Part shown: one piece after another, positions 59,523 to 64,000 of the stretch
Position numbering within the stretch: position 1 is the first letter of the stretch
How the letters are laid out: every line of letters starts with the position of its first letter
Assembly (NCBI RefSeq): GCF_022539665.2
Contig: NC_081334.1
Location: 372,001-436,000 of the forward strand
DNA length: 64,000 nt
Source of the DNA: Daphnia carinata
Taxonomy: Eukaryota
Direction of reading: 5' to 3'
Notes under the pieces: model-generated
What the model was told of the DNA's origin: nothing
Database searches by the model: none
What the model saw: the letters and a program-made list of their open reading frames with translations, nothing else
Made by a program: the position numbers and the translations under genes

Positions 59523-60072
59523 GAGCGCATTTTGGTGTCTACTTTTAGTTCAACTTTTTTTGTGAACTTCTATGTTTGCGTCAACTGCCCGGTAGATGGT
59601 TCAACTAGGCGACCGTTTTGGTAATAACGCCAGTGGGAGGTTCAACTGAGGGCGCATTTTGGCGTCAACCTTTTGTTGAACCTTTTAGTTCAACTTTTCG
59701 TCGAAGTTGACGCCAAAATGGAAGTTCATCGCTACAGTTGAGAAAGGGGAGGAGTTGCAGTTCAGTTGAAGGTCAACGGTGGTCTGGACCACCGTTGAAA
59801 AAGCTCAACTGTTTCAGTTGAACCATCCACTGGCGTTGTCGCCAAAACGGTCGCCTAGCTGAACCATCTACCGGGCAGTTGACGCAAAAATACAAGTTCA
59901 CTAAAAAAGTTGAACTAAAAGTAGACGCCAAAATGCGCCCTGAAACAGTTGAGCTTTTTCAACGGTGGTCCAGACCACCGTTGACCTTCAACTGACCTTC
60001 AACTCCTCCCATTTCTCAACTTTTGCTCAACTCTTCCGTTTTGGCGTCAACCTTGACCAAAACTTGAACTAA
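59523..60072. mobile_element. PIF/Harbinger-like MITE containing an inverted copy of its own family (inner copy 59650-59940, TSD TGA)
   Basis: The inner element has TIR GGGCGCATTTTGGCGTC and is flanked by TGA on both sides. Removing it restores a colinear outer copy. Confidence 0.85.
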
Positions 60073-60549
60073 CAGACCGCATATCAGAAGGCCAGGATTG
60101 GCGTGAAACATGCGCTGACGTGAAGGACTTAAAAAGCCTAACGTGACACTTCCCTTTTCTTTTTCGCCGCATTCACCTTTCGTCCCGTTTCCATGCAAAA
60201 GGAGAACAACAGTGTTAATTTTTGGAACGCCCATTACACTATGACGAGACCCAGTGATTACTAGCCTCTTTTTTCATTGTCCATGCTGAAGTATGCCTTC
60301 TAACAGATGAAAAGACCTAAAACTGTTGATCTACACGTGTAGCGTGAGGAACAACCGCCGTTTGCGTGAACTTGTGGTTGCCTCGGGATTGATGATAGAA
60401 ATCAATGAAGGCCAAAGTTACGTGACCTACAAAGTGATTCATTCTTTTTTTTTTTACGAAGAAAATTCAAGGTGGGGGTCCTTAGGAATCCGTTAGAACG
60501 CAGATACTGGTCAAATGCTCACAGTGTCTTCCTCCACAGTAGGCAGACT

Positions 60550-60700
60550 TTTGGAGAAGAGTTTCCCTACCATGAGCTCTACGTCTGTAACTATGGACCG
60601 ACTAGAAATTATTTGAATTCTCCCGTTTACACCGAAGGAGCCGCTGAATCTGCCTGTCCAGCTCCGGCTTCAAACAACGACGGGTTTTGCACTAGAAAAA
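60550..60700 (+). pseudogene. C-terminal fragment of a CAP/SCP (antigen 5/PR-1-like) protein gene
   Basis: LYVCNYGP.RNY...VY.EG...SAC......GFC matches the CAP C-terminal signature. No upstream exons recognised. Confidence 0.7.
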
Positions 60701-62698
60701 TGCCCAGCTTTTCAAAATTTGTTCCGCCATTTTTGAAATGATATAATACTAAAACTATTTCTTGTAGCAGCAAGCGTTTTTTACGGTTTAAAACATGACA
60801 AAAGGAATTTTAGTTGGTCTGGTACATTGTGCACGAAAATCCGCCTTGAACTTAACGATTTTTAAGGCTTCGGTGTACCATGTATTAGCTGAGGTTGTTA
60901 TATGCACTGAAAGGTCAATACACTGATCAAATACACTGAGTAATCGATGTTCGTTGCCTCTGAACTGCCACGAACCAAAGGCACTGGCCTTTGTTGCACC
61001 GAAGATAAATGCGTAATAATCCTTACATGAGCTACCGAGTTGAACGTAGCGGACTTTTCTTTCAACAGTAAAGTCTCACATAGTCCAATGATTTTACCAT
61101 CATGCGTAATAGTCCGCAGGGGGAGGGGTACACACTCACGAATTTTTCCGTAATGGATGGAGTGGGTGATGGGGGGTATCCTTACGGAAACAATCCTCTC
61201 ATTATTACGGTCTCCACTCTCTCTCATCTCTTAACCTAGGCGATATGGGCGGTCTCCGACCTATAGAAAACAACGTGATTTTTATTGCAACACATGTGAA
61301 ACACAACGTGCTCAACTGCTTTTTCAAACCGGCTGCATAACTAGAATCTCTAACGAAAAGTACATAGCGCTCAGAACTCACATCTAGCAGTACAATCAGT
61401 CGCCTGTTGTACTAAGCAAGTTTCCTCAGTCACTCCGCAATCACGTCCGCAGTCCCACCGCTCCTTTACCTGTAGAACTTATTTCATTGCTAGTTTCGAG
61501 AATTCGAAGTGCGTTTCCTTTTCGCAAATTAATTTCTTTTTTCGAAAGAGAGCTTTTTCTCAATTTAAACATTTTTGCGCAAAATGTTTTCATGAAAATA
61601 TTTGACAATTAATCCTTCTTTTCTTAAATAAAATTTCAGAGGAAATCAATTAATGAACTTTATTTTATTTCTGTATAAGTAAAATGATCAGGGCATCGGG
61701 AAATTCAATGATAGACAGTTAACCAGGTTGTATTAATATGGGTTACTATTTGCGGCTTAATGCATGTTATGACGGTCTAACTGCTTTCGTATTGGATCTA
61801 GCGCTTTAAGATTTGCAAGTTCTAACAGCTAAACCCTATAGGTAGACTACATCTGATAGGTCGCAGCAGACAATGTAACCGGTGGTGGGGTGATGGGCAA
61901 GAAGATGGCGGTTATTATCACGTATCATAAAGTTATGATACCTAGTTCTACGTAGTAAACAACAATGGTTGTTTGTTTACATTAAATGCATTATTCATAA
62001 ATGTTATTTTTATTATTTTCTATCGTTTAACAAAGATCGTAATCGTTTTAAGATACATTTAAAACATTTAAATCCCTTAGCTTTTCTGCGATTTTTTGGG
62101 ATGAATGAACCGTGCACGAGACAAATTTAATTTAAAAACCCGGCTAGTTTTTATTATTTATTTATTTTTTTAAACATTATTATTATTTTTTTAAATTTGT
62201 ATTTCTTTCATCTAGTGGGCTTATTTTTTCAAAAATTTATGAGTTGTGTCATGGAAATAAATCAGGAAGCTTTCAAAACGTATACCCTTATTAGATACCC
62301 CTTCTGTTACACAATTTACCCTTTTTATTCATATTTCTTGAGCTTTAGAGAATAAAAATATTTTCCCCTATTTTAAGATTCATGTAAATAATATAGTTCT
62401 TTACTGTTTTATCAATGTTTAGTTAATTAATCATTTTAAAGTAACAAAATTTGTTGAAAAGTAGCACTGCGTTCTGCATCGAGATTTGAACTGGCAATTT
62501 CCTGTATAAAGGAGATGTGTGTAACACGAAGCTTTGGGGTGGGTTGAGCTAGTGGTGCCATCCACGGCCTATGGAGGTGTCACGACGTGACAGTAACAAG
62601 CCGTGATTGTCCCCAATACCCCTGTGGTCATGCTGCTAATACGTAAGCAACCTTCTAATAAGGCCTATAAAGATCCACTCAAGTAAGTCAAGTGAGGT

Positions 62699-62765
62699 AA
62701 AATCCAAAAAATGGGTTTCTTACCTACCAATATTGGTAGGTAGGACACCCATTTTTGGGATTTTT
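62699..62765. repeat. Near-perfect palindrome of about 66 bp
   Basis: AAAATCCAAAAAATGGGT-TTCT-TACCTACCAATATTGGTAGGTA-GGAC-ACCCATTTTTGGGATTTT, centred on AATATT. Confidence 0.8.
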
Positions 62766-64000
62766 TTTTAATTTTTCATCGGCTGCTCCGATGATACATC
62801 CTAGGCCATTTCATCCATATATCCAATAATAAAAATCAAACGTTATGTTAGCTGGCTTTACAAGAACGTGTCATCAACGAAATGTGTGCATTCCGATTCG
62901 AATGGCCCAATAGTAATAGATAAGAAACTTGGATGGAATATCACCGATGCACACATCAAAAATGATCAAATACAATCAATGAAAAAGAAAGTTGGAAAAC
63001 AGTGGAAAAATTGATTGACAGAGGCCGACCAAAATTTTTGAGGTCAAAATTTTTTTTTTTCATTTCATTCTGCTATATTGAATTACAAAAGGAAAGATAA
63101 ATGGATTTTAACCATATCAACTAACTACACACATCTATACACTAATTTGCTTTGCAAATAAAAAACGTAGGCAAATTAATAAAATAATTATTTGAAACAA
63201 AACGAGATTATTGTTGTTTGAAAAACAATTAAAATCATCAAAAGATGAATTAGTTCCCATAAAGCACACCGATATCTTTTTTAAATATTTTTATACATCC
63301 TTATGGAACTATTAGGATGCCTTTCATTTGTCTCAAATCCTATAATGATTACTTAAAACGACTAGCAGGTGTTGATGACCGGCAGGAACTGCTGTGAAAA
63401 ACATGGATTTTATGGTCATTAATGCTGATATTTACGTTCAATAGGACAACTTTTTTACACCAGCTAAGCAGACATTAAAAAAAAATTCAAAAGATTCTAT
63501 TCGGCCATGCGTCTCCCGTATCGCAGTCGAATAGTTTTCACCTTAGTAATATTTATTGACTACAGATATTAATTTTAGACCAACAAACGGTTCTGCAGAA
63601 AAAAATTTAAATATAAATTTCATCGTTTGGAAATAAATTTGTTTTAATAAATATGGCGCTAATAGGACGACATATTGAGGGATTCATCCACTGGAATCCC
63701 ACACCATAAGCTTAGTATCTTCTACTTAACTTACCGTTACATAACGTAAAAGCAATTTTAAATTATTTTTTAAAACGGTCTTAATAACTAATACTAACAA
63801 AGTTCAACTTTAACGAATCACTTTTAATTGTGGTACCCTAGAATTTAGAAAAAAAAGGATAAAAACAAGACGTCTTATGCAAGACACAATTTATTGTCAA
63901 AAAAGAATGTGGCTTATACCGTTGTTTAGAGGCTCAATGCTGGACGTCCTAGTAGTACCGTTTTAGGACGAGTCACTCAACTTGCTCCTCTACTTAGCTA

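Noticed and set aside
57900..61230. Possible decayed non-LTR retrotransposon pieces (IIGLCET at about 61070, YIDFK at about 58900, minus strand)
   Set aside because: Only isolated short motifs with no sustained frame; a translated search is needed.

Overview
This is a eukaryotic, AT-rich, transposon-dense window. Short 55-120 nt introns and the gene families suggest a crustacean, probably Daphnia (inference only). About two thirds is nested mobile DNA. That includes degenerate Ty3/Gypsy and BEL/Pao retrotransposons, a full-length two-LTR Gypsy inside an intron of a CMC/EnSpm (CACTA-like) transposon, and a 2.1-kb gag-only LTR element. It also includes solo LTRs with 4-bp TSDs, a structurally complete DIRS1-type tyrosine-recombinase retrotransposon, and several MITEs (P-like, Harbinger-like self-nested, and a CAG-ended composite). 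The host genes form an immunity/cell-death-like neighbourhood: a C1q pseudogene, an intact 4-exon IRE1-like kinase with C-terminal ankyrin repeats, a TNF-receptor-like membrane protein with a truncated duplicate, and a Dredd/caspase-8-like (QACQE) caspase pseudogene. The first surviving exon of that caspase encodes the C-terminal end of an IRE1-type kinase domain. The best candidate for an undescribed system is therefore a modular IRE1-like kinase family in which the KEN RNase is replaced by other modules (caspase or ankyrin), linked to a TNFR-like receptor. All alignments, exon models and identities were done by eye; no database searches were run.
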